The position numbers were made by a program, and so were the translations under genes. A stretch of 30,697 bases of DNA, from NCBI GenBank assembly GCA_031401875.1, contig JANNRX010000208.1, positions 1-30,697 on the forward strand. The letters are read 5' to 3'. Below are positions 17,684 through 25,231 of this stretch, one piece after another. The stretch comes from Hyphomicrobiales bacterium (GTDB lineage: Bacteria > Pseudomonadota > Alphaproteobacteria > Rhizobiales > Beijerinckiaceae). The first letter of the stretch is position 1, and every line of letters begins with the position of its first letter. Below the pieces are notes generated by a model, which was not told the origin of the DNA, did no database searches, and saw only the letters and a list, made by a program, of their open reading frames with translations.

Positions 17684-18586
17684 ATGGTCATACAGGCTAC
17701 GAGTCAAAATTTGCTGCCATCACATAAACTCCCCTGGAATGATCGAGCCGGACGGTTTTCGGCGCTGCGGCTCGCGGCATTTTGCGGCGTGATTGCGCCT
17801 GCGCTGTGGCTCGCCCAGCTGACAATCATGGGCAATCTCGGCTCGAAACCACTGACGGCGGCCATTCATTTCACCGGCGATTGGGCCGTGCGGATTCTGC
17901 TCCTGTCGCTTCTGGTGACGCCGCTGCGCCAGTTGCTGCACTGGCCGCAGCTCATCGCCGTGCGGCGCATGATCGGTGTTTCCGCCCTGCTGTATGTCGT
18001 GCTCCATCTTGGTCTCTACACGGCGGAGCAGGCATTTGATCTTGCCAAGGTGGCAAGCGAAATCATCCGGCGCTTTTACCTCACGATCGGCTTTGTTGCC
18101 CTGCTGGGGTTGATAGCACTTGGTGCCACATCAACGGATGGCATGATCCGCCGAATGGGCGCCTTGCGCTGGAGCCAGTTGCACAGGCTCACCTATGCTA
18201 TCAGCCTGCTGAGCCTGCTGCATTTTTTCCTGCAATCAAAAATCGATGTGACGCAGCCCGTGCTGATGACGGGATTCTTTTTCTGGCTCATGGGTTTTCG
18301 CCTGCTGCGAAAATTCGAAATCCCCGCCGGTTTTCTTTCCCTTGCGGGCCTCGCGGTGGTTGTGGGATTGCTGACTGTCATCATTGAAGCTGTCTGGTAT
18401 GGGACCATGACAGGCATACCGGCGTCGCGGGTGCTGGCGGCCAATCTTGACTTCAGCTATTCTATACGTCCCGCATGGTGGGTGCTGGCGGCAGGGCTGG
18501 CGATGATTGCCCTTCACCTGGCGCGCATGGGTGCATCCGCTGACCGCGGTCGACGGAATGCCATCGAAACCGTTCTAACCCCGTGA
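17684..18586 (+). CDS. msrQ: Long-form MsrQ/YedZ heme-binding membrane protein (ferric-reductase-like)
   Basis: HFTGDWA, LLVTPLR, RRMIG, YVVLHLGLY, W..LHRLTY and LLHFF histidine motifs, plus about 90 extra C-terminal residues. Start uncertain. Confidence 0.85.
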   Translation: MVIQATSQNLLPSHKLPWNDRAGRFSALRLAAFCGVIAPALWLAQLTIMGNLGSKPLTAAIHFTGDWAVRILLLSLLVTPLRQLLHWPQLIAVRRMIGVSALLYVVLHLGLYTAEQAFDLAKVASEIIRRFYLTIGFVALLGLIALGATSTDGMIRRMGALRWSQLHRLTYAISLLSLLHFFLQSKIDVTQPVLMTGFFFWLMGFRLLRKFEIPAGFLSLAGLAVVVGLLTVIIEAVWYGTMTGIPASRVLAANLDFSYSIRPAWWVLAAGLAMIALHLARMGASADRGRRNAIETVLTP

Positions 18587-18602
18587 GCACCGGAAGCTTG
18601 CA

Positions 18603-19058
18603 ATGTCCTGGTTCAAAAACCTTTTTCGTTCCGAAGGAAACTCCGTCATGAGCACCATCGAAAAAACCTTTCCCGTCACCAGGACCGACGCCGAGTGGCG
18701 GGCGCAACTGACGTCCGAGCAATATGCAGTCTTGCGCGGACATGGCACCGAACGGCCCGGCAGCTGCGCGCTCAACCATGAAAAGCGGGCAGGTACATTC
18801 AGCTGCATTGGCTGTGGGCAGGATCTGTTCGTGGCGAGCAAGAAATTCGAGAGCGGGACCGGCTGGCCCAGCTTCGATCAACCGGTTGAGGGCTCTGTGG
18901 AAACCACGGTTGACCGAAAATTCGGCATGGTGCGCACAGAAGTGCATTGCAGCCAATGCGGAGGCCATCTCGGCCATGTCTTCCCGGATGGTCCGCCACC
19001 CACGGGGCTGCGCTATTGCATCAACGGCGTGGCACTGGATTTCAAACCGAAGCTGTAG
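18603..19058 (+). CDS. msrB: Peptide-methionine (R)-S-oxide reductase MsrB
   Basis: GTERP, CIGC and CSQC zinc pairs, GTGWPSF, GHLGHVFPDGP and catalytic RYCING. Alternative start ATG 18648 has an AAGGA RBS. Confidence 0.96.
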   Translation: MSWFKNLFRSEGNSVMSTIEKTFPVTRTDAEWRAQLTSEQYAVLRGHGTERPGSCALNHEKRAGTFSCIGCGQDLFVASKKFESGTGWPSFDQPVEGSVETTVDRKFGMVRTEVHCSQCGGHLGHVFPDGPPPTGLRYCINGVALDFKPKL

Positions 19059-19096
19059 GCGGCGCTCAAGGGGAAGTATCCTGAAGGGCAATGCCC

Positions 19097-19125
19097 TTGC
19101 TGTCCTTTGCCAGCCACTCTATAAT
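19097..19125 (+). promoter_or_regulatory. Sigma70 promoter driving the TPP riboswitch leader
   Basis: TTGCTG (19097-19102), 17-nt spacer, perfect TATAAT (19120-19125), placed immediately 5' of the riboswitch P1. Confidence 0.75.
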
Positions 19126-19130
19126 CGGAT

Positions 19131-19263
19131 TATCTCGTCGGGGTGCCTCCGGCTGAACAGCGCAAGCTTTTCTGCCAAGGGCTGAGAAACATCCGGAAGC
19201 CACAAGCCTCCGGGGTTAACCCGCCGAACCTGATCCGGGTCATGCCGGCGGAGGAATCGAGAT
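19131..19263 (+). ncRNA. TPP (thiamine pyrophosphate) riboswitch
   Basis: GGGGTGC...GCTGAGA...ACCC.GCCGAACCTGATCCGGGTCATGCCGGCGGAGG. P1 ATCTCG (19132-19137) pairs with CGAGAT (19258-19263), which includes the start of the ATG. Confidence 0.92.
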
Positions 19264-20095
19264 GTCACTGACGACGGACCGCCGTAACACGGCTGATCCC
19301 ATTGCCTTGATCGCAAGCCTTCCTGCGAGGGGGATGCTTTTGTTGCTGAAACCGCAGTTCCTTGCCCTTGCAGGGGCATTGCTGCTCTGGGAAACATCGG
19401 TTTGGTTTTTCCAGCTCCCGCTCTGGTATCTGCCTGCACCCAGCCATCTTGCGGTTACGTTTTTTGGTAATCTGCCCTACATCCTGCCCAATGCCGGTGT
19501 GACAGCGCTTGAAACAGTGCTCGGCTTCATCGTCGGTGTCAGCATTGGAATGGCACTTGCGCTGGCGATGGGCGCATCGCGCTGGTGGGCGGAAGCACTT
19601 GCGCCACTGACTGTCGTCAGCCAGGCGATTCCGTTCCTGGCGCTCGCCCCTCTGATGATGATCTGGTTCGGCTTTGGCATGACTTCGAAAATCGCCATGG
19701 CGGCGATTGTCATCTTTTTCTCCGTCACTGCCGCCTTCTATGATGGTTTGCGACGGGCAGATGAGAATCTCGTTGATCTCGCCCGGCTCTACGGCGCGAG
19801 CAATCGACAAATCCTGTTCAATATCCGGGTTCCCGCCGCCCTGCCCCAACTCTGCACCGGGCTGAAGCTTGCTGCGGCTTATGCGCCGATGGGTGCGATT
19901 GCGGGCGAATGGGTGGGGTCTGATGGCGGCCTGGGCATCATGATGACCTATCACAACGCCCGCATGCAGACCGATATGGTCTTCGCCGCGATGATCGTGA
20001 TCATTGCCTTCTGCCTCTTCACATGGCTGCTGATGTCGCTGTTCACGCGGTATCTGCTGCGCAATTTCCCCGATACGCTCGCATCACGGGCATGA
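19262..20095 (+). CDS. ABC permease, ThiX/SsuC-like (thiamine-precursor uptake)
   Basis: SQAIPFLALAPL, WFGFG, EAA loop DLARLYGAS and AIAGEWVGSDGGLG; first gene under the TPP riboswitch. Confidence 0.88.
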   Translation: MSLTTDRRNTADPIALIASLPARGMLLLLKPQFLALAGALLLWETSVWFFQLPLWYLPAPSHLAVTFFGNLPYILPNAGVTALETVLGFIVGVSIGMALALAMGASRWWAEALAPLTVVSQAIPFLALAPLMMIWFGFGMTSKIAMAAIVIFFSVTAAFYDGLRRADENLVDLARLYGASNRQILFNIRVPAALPQLCTGLKLAAAYAPMGAIAGEWVGSDGGLGIMMTYHNARMQTDMVFAAMIVIIAFCLFTWLLMSLFTRYLLRNFPDTLASRA

Positions 20096-20126
20096 ACCAG
20101 ATGTATTTGACCCCAAGGAGAACTTC

Positions 20127-21074
20127 ATGATTCACCGTGTTTTCACCACCCTGATGTTCGGGTTGACGCTTCTGTTTGCCGCGCCGGCCTTTGCCCAACC
20201 AGCGGATAAGCTGACCTTGCTGCTCGACTGGTTCGTCAACCCGGATCACGCACCGATCATCGTCGCCAAGGAGCGTGGGCTGTTTGCAAAACGCGGTCTT
20301 GATGTGCAGCTCGTGGAGCCTTCAGATCCTTCCGCGCCGCCACGCCTCATCGCGGCCGGACAGGGCGACATCGCCGTCAGCTACCAGCCGAGCTACACCC
20401 GCGCCGTGGCCAACAAAATCCCCGTGATCCGCATCGGTACCCTGGTGGCAACCCCTCTGAACACACTGACGGTTCTCGCTGACGGACCCATCAAGACACT
20501 CGCTGACCTGAGGGGCAAGACCATCGGTTATTCCGGCTCGGGTATCCATGACATGATGCTTAAAGCCATGCTGAAGAGTGTCGGCATGACCGAAGCCGAC
20601 GTGAAGCTGGTCAATGTCAATTTCGCGCTCAGCATCGCGCTGGTTTCAGGGCGGGCCGATGCCATCATTGGCGGCTTCCGCAATTTCGAAGGCACCGAGA
20701 TCGAGATCGCAGGCAAGAAACCGAAAATGTTCTTCCCCGAGGAGCACGGCGTTCCCGCCTATGACGAGCTGATCTATATTGCCAAGGAAGATCGCTTCGG
20801 CGACCCCAAGTTCGACAAGTTCCTTGCCGCCATCGAGGAAGCCACCATGATTCTGTTCAATGATCCCGAAGGAACCTGGCAGAGCTTCATCAAGGCCTAT
20901 CCCAAGCTTGACGACCGCCTCAACAAGCAGGCCTGGGCGGATACATTGCGCCGCTTCCAGGCCGCTCCCAAAGCCGTCGATGCAGAACGCTATCTGACGA
21001 TTGCCCGTTTCATGAAGGACGCTGGAATCATCAAGGAAATCGAGACGGTCGAACGCTATATCGGCAAGCGCTGA
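20127..21074 (+). CDS. NMT1/THI5-family substrate-binding protein (ThiY-like; hydroxymethylpyrimidine/thiamine precursor)
   Basis: Signal peptide; LLLDWFVNPDHAP, DPSAPP...AAG..D and GVPAYDELIY motifs; TPP-regulated operon. Confidence 0.88.
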   Translation: MIHRVFTTLMFGLTLLFAAPAFAQPADKLTLLLDWFVNPDHAPIIVAKERGLFAKRGLDVQLVEPSDPSAPPRLIAAGQGDIAVSYQPSYTRAVANKIPVIRIGTLVATPLNTLTVLADGPIKTLADLRGKTIGYSGSGIHDMMLKAMLKSVGMTEADVKLVNVNFALSIALVSGRADAIIGGFRNFEGTEIEIAGKKPKMFFPEEHGVPAYDELIYIAKEDRFGDPKFDKFLAAIEEATMILFNDPEGTWQSFIKAYPKLDDRLNKQAWADTLRRFQAAPKAVDAERYLTIARFMKDAGIIKEIETVERYIGKR

Positions 21075-21101
21075 GGTCCTGAAGGCGGTGATATGATCAT
21101 C

Positions 21102-21126
21102 GCGGAGGGCTTTGGCCCCCTTCCGC
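21102..21126 (+). terminator. GC hairpin after the thi operon, possible terminator
   Basis: GCGGAGGG-CTTTGG-CCCCCTTCCGC (imperfect stem) followed by only a weak ATGTTT tail. Confidence 0.4.
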
Positions 21127-21195
21127 ATGTTTAAATCTGTCCATTGTGTGGTTTTCGGGCTTTACCGATATGGTTAACAAACCCTAAATAGCACA

Positions 21196-21702
21196 ATGAC
21201 AACCAAGACCATTCGCCTCAGGGTTGCTGAGGCCGACGATGCTGAAGGCATCGCCGGCGTTCATGACGCGGCCTGGATGGAAGCGTATCGCGGCATCATT
21301 CCGGGCGCTGATCTTGAACGCATGGTTCAGCGCCGTGGCACGAACTGGTGGAGAAATGCCATCCAGCGTGGCAGCCGCATCGCGGTGCTCGATTTCAGTG
21401 ACCAGATCGCGGGCTACGCCAGTTATGGACGCAACCGGGCAATTTCACTGCCGTATAGGGGCGAGATATTCGAGATTTACCTGAAGCCGGAGTTTCAGGG
21501 GCTGGGCTTTGGCCGGCGTCTTTTTTCCGCCGCGCAGCGGGAACTGAACAATCACGGCTTGACCTCGATGGTCGTCTGGTCGCTGGCGGATAACGAGCGT
21601 GCGATCCATTTCTACGAGCATCTGGGCGGCTTCCTTGTGGGCCGGGCCCACGAAACCTTCGGTGATGTCTCCCGGGAGCGGCTCGCCTTCGGCTGGCGAT
21701 AA
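21196..21702 (+). CDS. GNAT-family N-acetyltransferase
   Basis: IAGYASYG, EIFEIYLKPEFQGLGFGRRLF (acetyl-CoA motif A) and N..A..FYEHLGG. Confidence 0.9.
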   Translation: MTTKTIRLRVAEADDAEGIAGVHDAAWMEAYRGIIPGADLERMVQRRGTNWWRNAIQRGSRIAVLDFSDQIAGYASYGRNRAISLPYRGEIFEIYLKPEFQGLGFGRRLFSAAQRELNNHGLTSMVVWSLADNERAIHFYEHLGGFLVGRAHETFGDVSRERLAFGWR

Positions 21703-21761
21703 GGTCGTTTACTTTTCCGACGTAATGTCGAGATCAGATCATCATAGGGTGTGTTGACACC

Positions 21762-22067
21762 ATGTTACAGCTGATTGGACTTTCCCATCTTGCCAACAAG
21801 GAACTGTTCCTTCTGGCTTTGATTGCGACCTGTGCTTCTTTTGCCGTGGGCTGGATCATGGATCTGATCATGCGCAATGTCGGTTTCGGAAATTTCGGCA
21901 ACACCTTCATCTGCCTGATGGGCATTCTTGGTGGCCTGTTTCTCTACAACCGTTTTTACGGTCGCCTCGCCTCACCGGATATCGCAATGGTCATGATCTT
22001 CGTCATTGGCGCGGTGATGATTCTGCTGGTGATCCTGTCGATCACCCGCAGATTCCTGAGGATGTAA
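21762..22067 (+). CDS. Small three-helix membrane protein, GlsB/YeaQ/YmgE-like
   Basis: Hydrophobic 101 aa with GWIMDLIM...GFG.FGN...G and GAVMILL patterns. Confidence 0.55.
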   Translation: MLQLIGLSHLANKELFLLALIATCASFAVGWIMDLIMRNVGFGNFGNTFICLMGILGGLFLYNRFYGRLASPDIAMVMIFVIGAVMILLVILSITRRFLRM

Positions 22068-22083
22068 CATCCCTGAACGGAAA

Positions 22084-23193
22084 TCAGTTCAGCTTCTCCA
22101 GTGCCTTGATCACGGCATCACCCATCTCGGTCGTACCCACCGCATTCTGGCCCTTGGACGCGATATCCTTGGTACGAATGCCGTCCGCCAGCACCTGCGC
22201 CATTGCCTTGTCCAGCAGATCAGCCGCCTCGCCCAGCCCGAAGGAATAGCGCAGCGCCATGGCGAATGAACCAAACATGGCGAGCGGATTGGCGAGGCCC
22301 TTGCCCGCGATATCCGGTGCGGAACCGTGGACAGGCTCGTAAAGCGCCTTGCGCTTGCCGGTTTTCGCATCCGGCGCACCAAGAGAAGCGGATGGCAGCA
22401 TGCCAAGCGAGCCGGTCAGCATTGCAGCCACATCCGACAGCATGTCACCAAAGAGGTTGTCGCAAACAATCACATCATATTGCTTGGGCCAGCGCACGAG
22501 CTGCATGCCGCAGGCATCCGCCAGATGGTGCTCCAGCTCGACATCCTTGTATTCACGCTCATGCAGTGCCGTCACGACCTTTTTCCACAAGACGCCGGAG
22601 CGCATGACGTTGTGCTTCTCGGTCGATGTCACCTTGTTGCGGCGGACCCTGGCGAGATCAAACGCCACGCGGGCAATGCGCTCGATTTCATGGGTAGTGT
22701 AGACTTGGGTATCGACGGCGCGCTGCTCGCCATTCTCCAACGTGACAATTTCCTTGGGCTCGCCGAAATAGACCCCGCCGGTCAATTCGCGCACGATCAT
22801 GATGTCGAGACCTTCAACGATCTCAGGCTTGAGGGAGGAGGCGGAAGCCAGTGCGGGATAGCAGACAGCAGGGCGCAGATTGGCGAAAAGCTCCATATCC
22901 TTGCGCAATCTGAGCAGGCCCGCCTCGGGACGCGCATGGTAGGGTACATCCGCCCATTGCGGGCCGCCTACCGCACCAAACAGCACGGCATCCGCCGCCT
23001 GCGCCCGCGCCATGGCAGCGTCTGAAATCGCCACCTTATGGGCGTCATAGGCTGCGCCACCGACAAGATCCTTCTCGGTATTGAAGCGTGCAATGCCCGC
23101 CTTGCTGAACCAGCCCGCAAGCTTCTCCACCTCTTTTGCCACTTCTGGGCCAATGCCGTCGCCGGGGAGGAGCAGAAGGTTATACGTCGCCAT
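22084..23193 (-). CDS. leuB: 3-isopropylmalate dehydrogenase
   Basis: [45 protein letters not shown] and [13 protein letters not shown]. Confidence 0.97.
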   Translation of the reverse strand: MATYNLLLLPGDGIGPEVAKEVEKLAGWFSKAGIARFNTEKDLVGGAAYDAHKVAISDAAMARAQAADAVLFGAVGGPQWADVPYHARPEAGLLRLRKDMELFANLRPAVCYPALASASSLKPEIVEGLDIMIVRELTGGVYFGEPKEIVTLENGEQRAVDTQVYTTHEIERIARVAFDLARVRRNKVTSTEKHNVMRSGVLWKKVVTALHEREYKDVELEHHLADACGMQLVRWPKQYDVIVCDNLFGDMLSDVAAMLTGSLGMLPSASLGAPDAKTGKRKALYEPVHGSAPDIAGKGLANPLAMFGSFAMALRYSFGLGEAADLLDKAMAQVLADGIRTKDIASKGQNAVGTTEMGDAVIKALEKLN

Positions 23194-23409
23194 GAATGTA
23201 CCTGCTGGTTAACCACGCTCCTGCGCGGTCTTGAATCAACGCTTGCCTAAAGCGTGATTTTCCATGGCGCAAGTGCATGATCCGATTCGTCGCTGATTCG
23301 TTCGTGCTTTGGTTTGAAACGGGGGGCTGCCGCTCAGAACGGCACAGCTCTTGAGCCGCTGTATTCATTGTTTGTGAACAGAAAATGCCTGTTTTTCAGG
23401 CAGAAATCC

Positions 23410-24525
23410 CTATTCAACCACGATACGCGGTGCGGCCTTGCGGGCGGTTCCTGCCTCAAGTCCCTGCCAGATCATGCGCGCAATGCTACGGTAGGTTTTC
23501 GAATGGCTGCTGTCAGGTGCTGTGACCACGACCGGCATGCCGCTGTCCGCTCGTTCGCGAATCTCCATATGCAGCGGAATTTCGCCCAGAAAGGGCACGT
23601 TGATACGGGAGGCTTCATCCCTTGCGCCGCCGTGGCCGAAGATATTCGAACGCGTACCGCAGGACGGGCAGAGAAAATAACTCATGTTCTCGATGATTCC
23701 CAGAATCGGCACATTCACCTTCTGGAACATGGCGACGCCACGTCTGGCGTCGATCAGCGCCAGATCCTGCGGGGTCGAGACAATCACCGCCCCGGCCAGC
23801 GGCACGGACTGGCTCATGGTCAGCTGGGCATCGCCGGTGCCGGGCGGCATATCGACCACCAGAACATCAAGATCACCCCAGTCGACATCGCGCAACATCT
23901 GGTTGAGTGCGGAAATCACCATCGGGCCGCGCCAGATCATGGCGGTGTCTTCCTCCACAAGAAAGCCGATGGACATGACCTTGCAGCCGTAGCCCTCCAT
24001 CGGGATCAGCGTGCGTCCGGTCTTGATTTTTGGACGCCCCCGAATACCGAACAGCTTGGGCATGGATGGACCATAGATATCCGCATCCAGAACGCCGACA
24101 CGCAGGCCTTCGGCGGCAAAGCCGAGGGCAAGATTGCAGGCCGTCGTCGACTTGCCGACACCGCCCTTGCCTGAAGCAACAGCGATAATATGCTTGACGC
24201 CTGGAGGACCGGAGACTGTGCTTGCAGCTTGTGCCTTCGGCCCCAGCTGGGGCGCATTGCCTGCGGGGGAAGAGCCTTTCGGTTTTTCAGCCGTCAGCGT
24301 CACCAGGGCGCCGGCAGCGCCCGGCAGCGCCTTGACTGCGTCCTCCGCAGCCTTGCGCAGGCTCTCGAACCCGCCGGCGCGGGACGGATCCACGGCGATG
24401 GAAAAATAGACCTTGGCCTGATGGATGACGATATCGGACAGTGCGCCCGATTGCGGCAGCGGCGTTGCGCCATCAGGGCCGGCCAGCGCCGCCAGCGCTT
24501 TCAGGACATCATCACGATTAATCAT
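23410..24525 (-). CDS. apbC: Mrp/NBP35 (ApbC) Fe-S cluster carrier ATPase
   Basis: GKGGVGKS, DADIYGPS, WRGPM, DMPPGTGD, ENMS and CPSC; N-terminal DUF59-like domain. Confidence 0.95.
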   Translation of the reverse strand: MINRDDVLKALAALAGPDGATPLPQSGALSDIVIHQAKVYFSIAVDPSRAGGFESLRKAAEDAVKALPGAAGALVTLTAEKPKGSSPAGNAPQLGPKAQAASTVSGPPGVKHIIAVASGKGGVGKSTTACNLALGFAAEGLRVGVLDADIYGPSMPKLFGIRGRPKIKTGRTLIPMEGYGCKVMSIGFLVEEDTAMIWRGPMVISALNQMLRDVDWGDLDVLVVDMPPGTGDAQLTMSQSVPLAGAVIVSTPQDLALIDARRGVAMFQKVNVPILGIIENMSYFLCPSCGTRSNIFGHGGARDEASRINVPFLGEIPLHMEIRERADSGMPVVVTAPDSSHSKTYRSIARMIWQGLEAGTARKAAPRIVVE

Positions 24526-24628
24526 TGGTTTATCCCTGCAGTCGCAAGACGCGTGTCAGGCTTCCCTTATCGTCTGGCGTGGCGAGGTCAATGCACATGA
24601 ACGACGTAACGCCAATGATGCCCGCCGA

Positions 24629-25087
24629 TCATGCCTCCGCAGAGCCGCCGACCTGCTCGGCAAAGCGTTCAAAGAACTGATCCGCCAGGCGCTTGGCAAC
24701 ACCGTCAATCAGACGCGCGCCGAGCTGCGCGATCTTGCCGCCGACATGCGCTTCCACATCATAGGACATGATCGTACCGGTTTCCGATGGCCGCAGATGC
24801 ACCTTGGCTCCCCCTTTGGCAAAGCCTGCGATACCGCCTTGTCCTTCGCCTGAAATCGTATAGCCGTTTGGTGCGTCGATTTCAGAAAGCATGACGTGCC
24901 CGCTGAACTTGGCTGAAACCGGGCCGATCTTGAGCTTGGCCGTCGCTACAAATTCTGTATCAGAGACCTTTTCAAGGCTTTCACAGCCCGGAATGCAGGC
25001 TTTGAGGACCTCGGGATCATTCAGCCTGGCCCAGACCACCGCCTGAGATGCTGCCAGTGCGACTTCGCCTGTCATTGTCATTGCCAT
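24629..25087 (-). CDS. coxG: CoxG / SRPBCC-family protein
   Basis: VWARLNDPEVLKACIPGC and GGKIAQLGARLID; GGAGAAG RBS. No other cox genes in the window. Confidence 0.88.
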   Translation of the reverse strand: MAMTMTGEVALAASQAVVWARLNDPEVLKACIPGCESLEKVSDTEFVATAKLKIGPVSAKFSGHVMLSEIDAPNGYTISGEGQGGIAGFAKGGAKVHLRPSETGTIMSYDVEAHVGGKIAQLGARLIDGVAKRLADQFFERFAEQVGGSAEA

Positions 25088-25115
25088 TGTCGCTTCTCCA
25101 TCCCTTATCGCGCCT

Positions 25116-25231
25116 TAGATCACGTCGCATTTTGATTGTTTGATCAAAATTCGAAAAACGTGATCTACACCATATACTTAGAGCATGTCGTTATCGAATA
25201 ACCGGTTCCCACTTATTCGCGACATGCTCTA
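25116..25231. repeat. 116-bp intergenic element of two imperfect palindromes (RIME/CIR/Bru-RS-like repeat)
   Basis: Arm A: TAGATCACGT (25116-25125) / ACGTGATCTA (25158-25167), inner ATTTTGAT/ATCAAAAT. 11-nt spacer. Arm B: TAGAGCATGTCG (25179-25190) / CGACATGCTCTA (25220-25231), inner GAATAA/TTATTC around CCGGTTCCCAC. Confidence 0.85.

Noticed and set aside
16545-17700. Mobile element explanation for the AT-rich segment
   Set aside because: No integrase, transposase, tRNA target, terminal inverted repeats or convincing target duplication was seen, so it was not annotated as a mobile element.
18462-19091. 209-aa minus-strand ORF
   Set aside because: Antisense shadow of the conserved msrB.
22327-24174. 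232-aa and 286-aa plus-strand ORFs
   Set aside because: Antisense shadows of leuB and apbC.
24629-25087. Carbon-monoxide oxidation capacity inferred from coxG
   Set aside because: coxG-like SRPBCC genes are often solitary, and no coxL, coxM or coxS is in the window.
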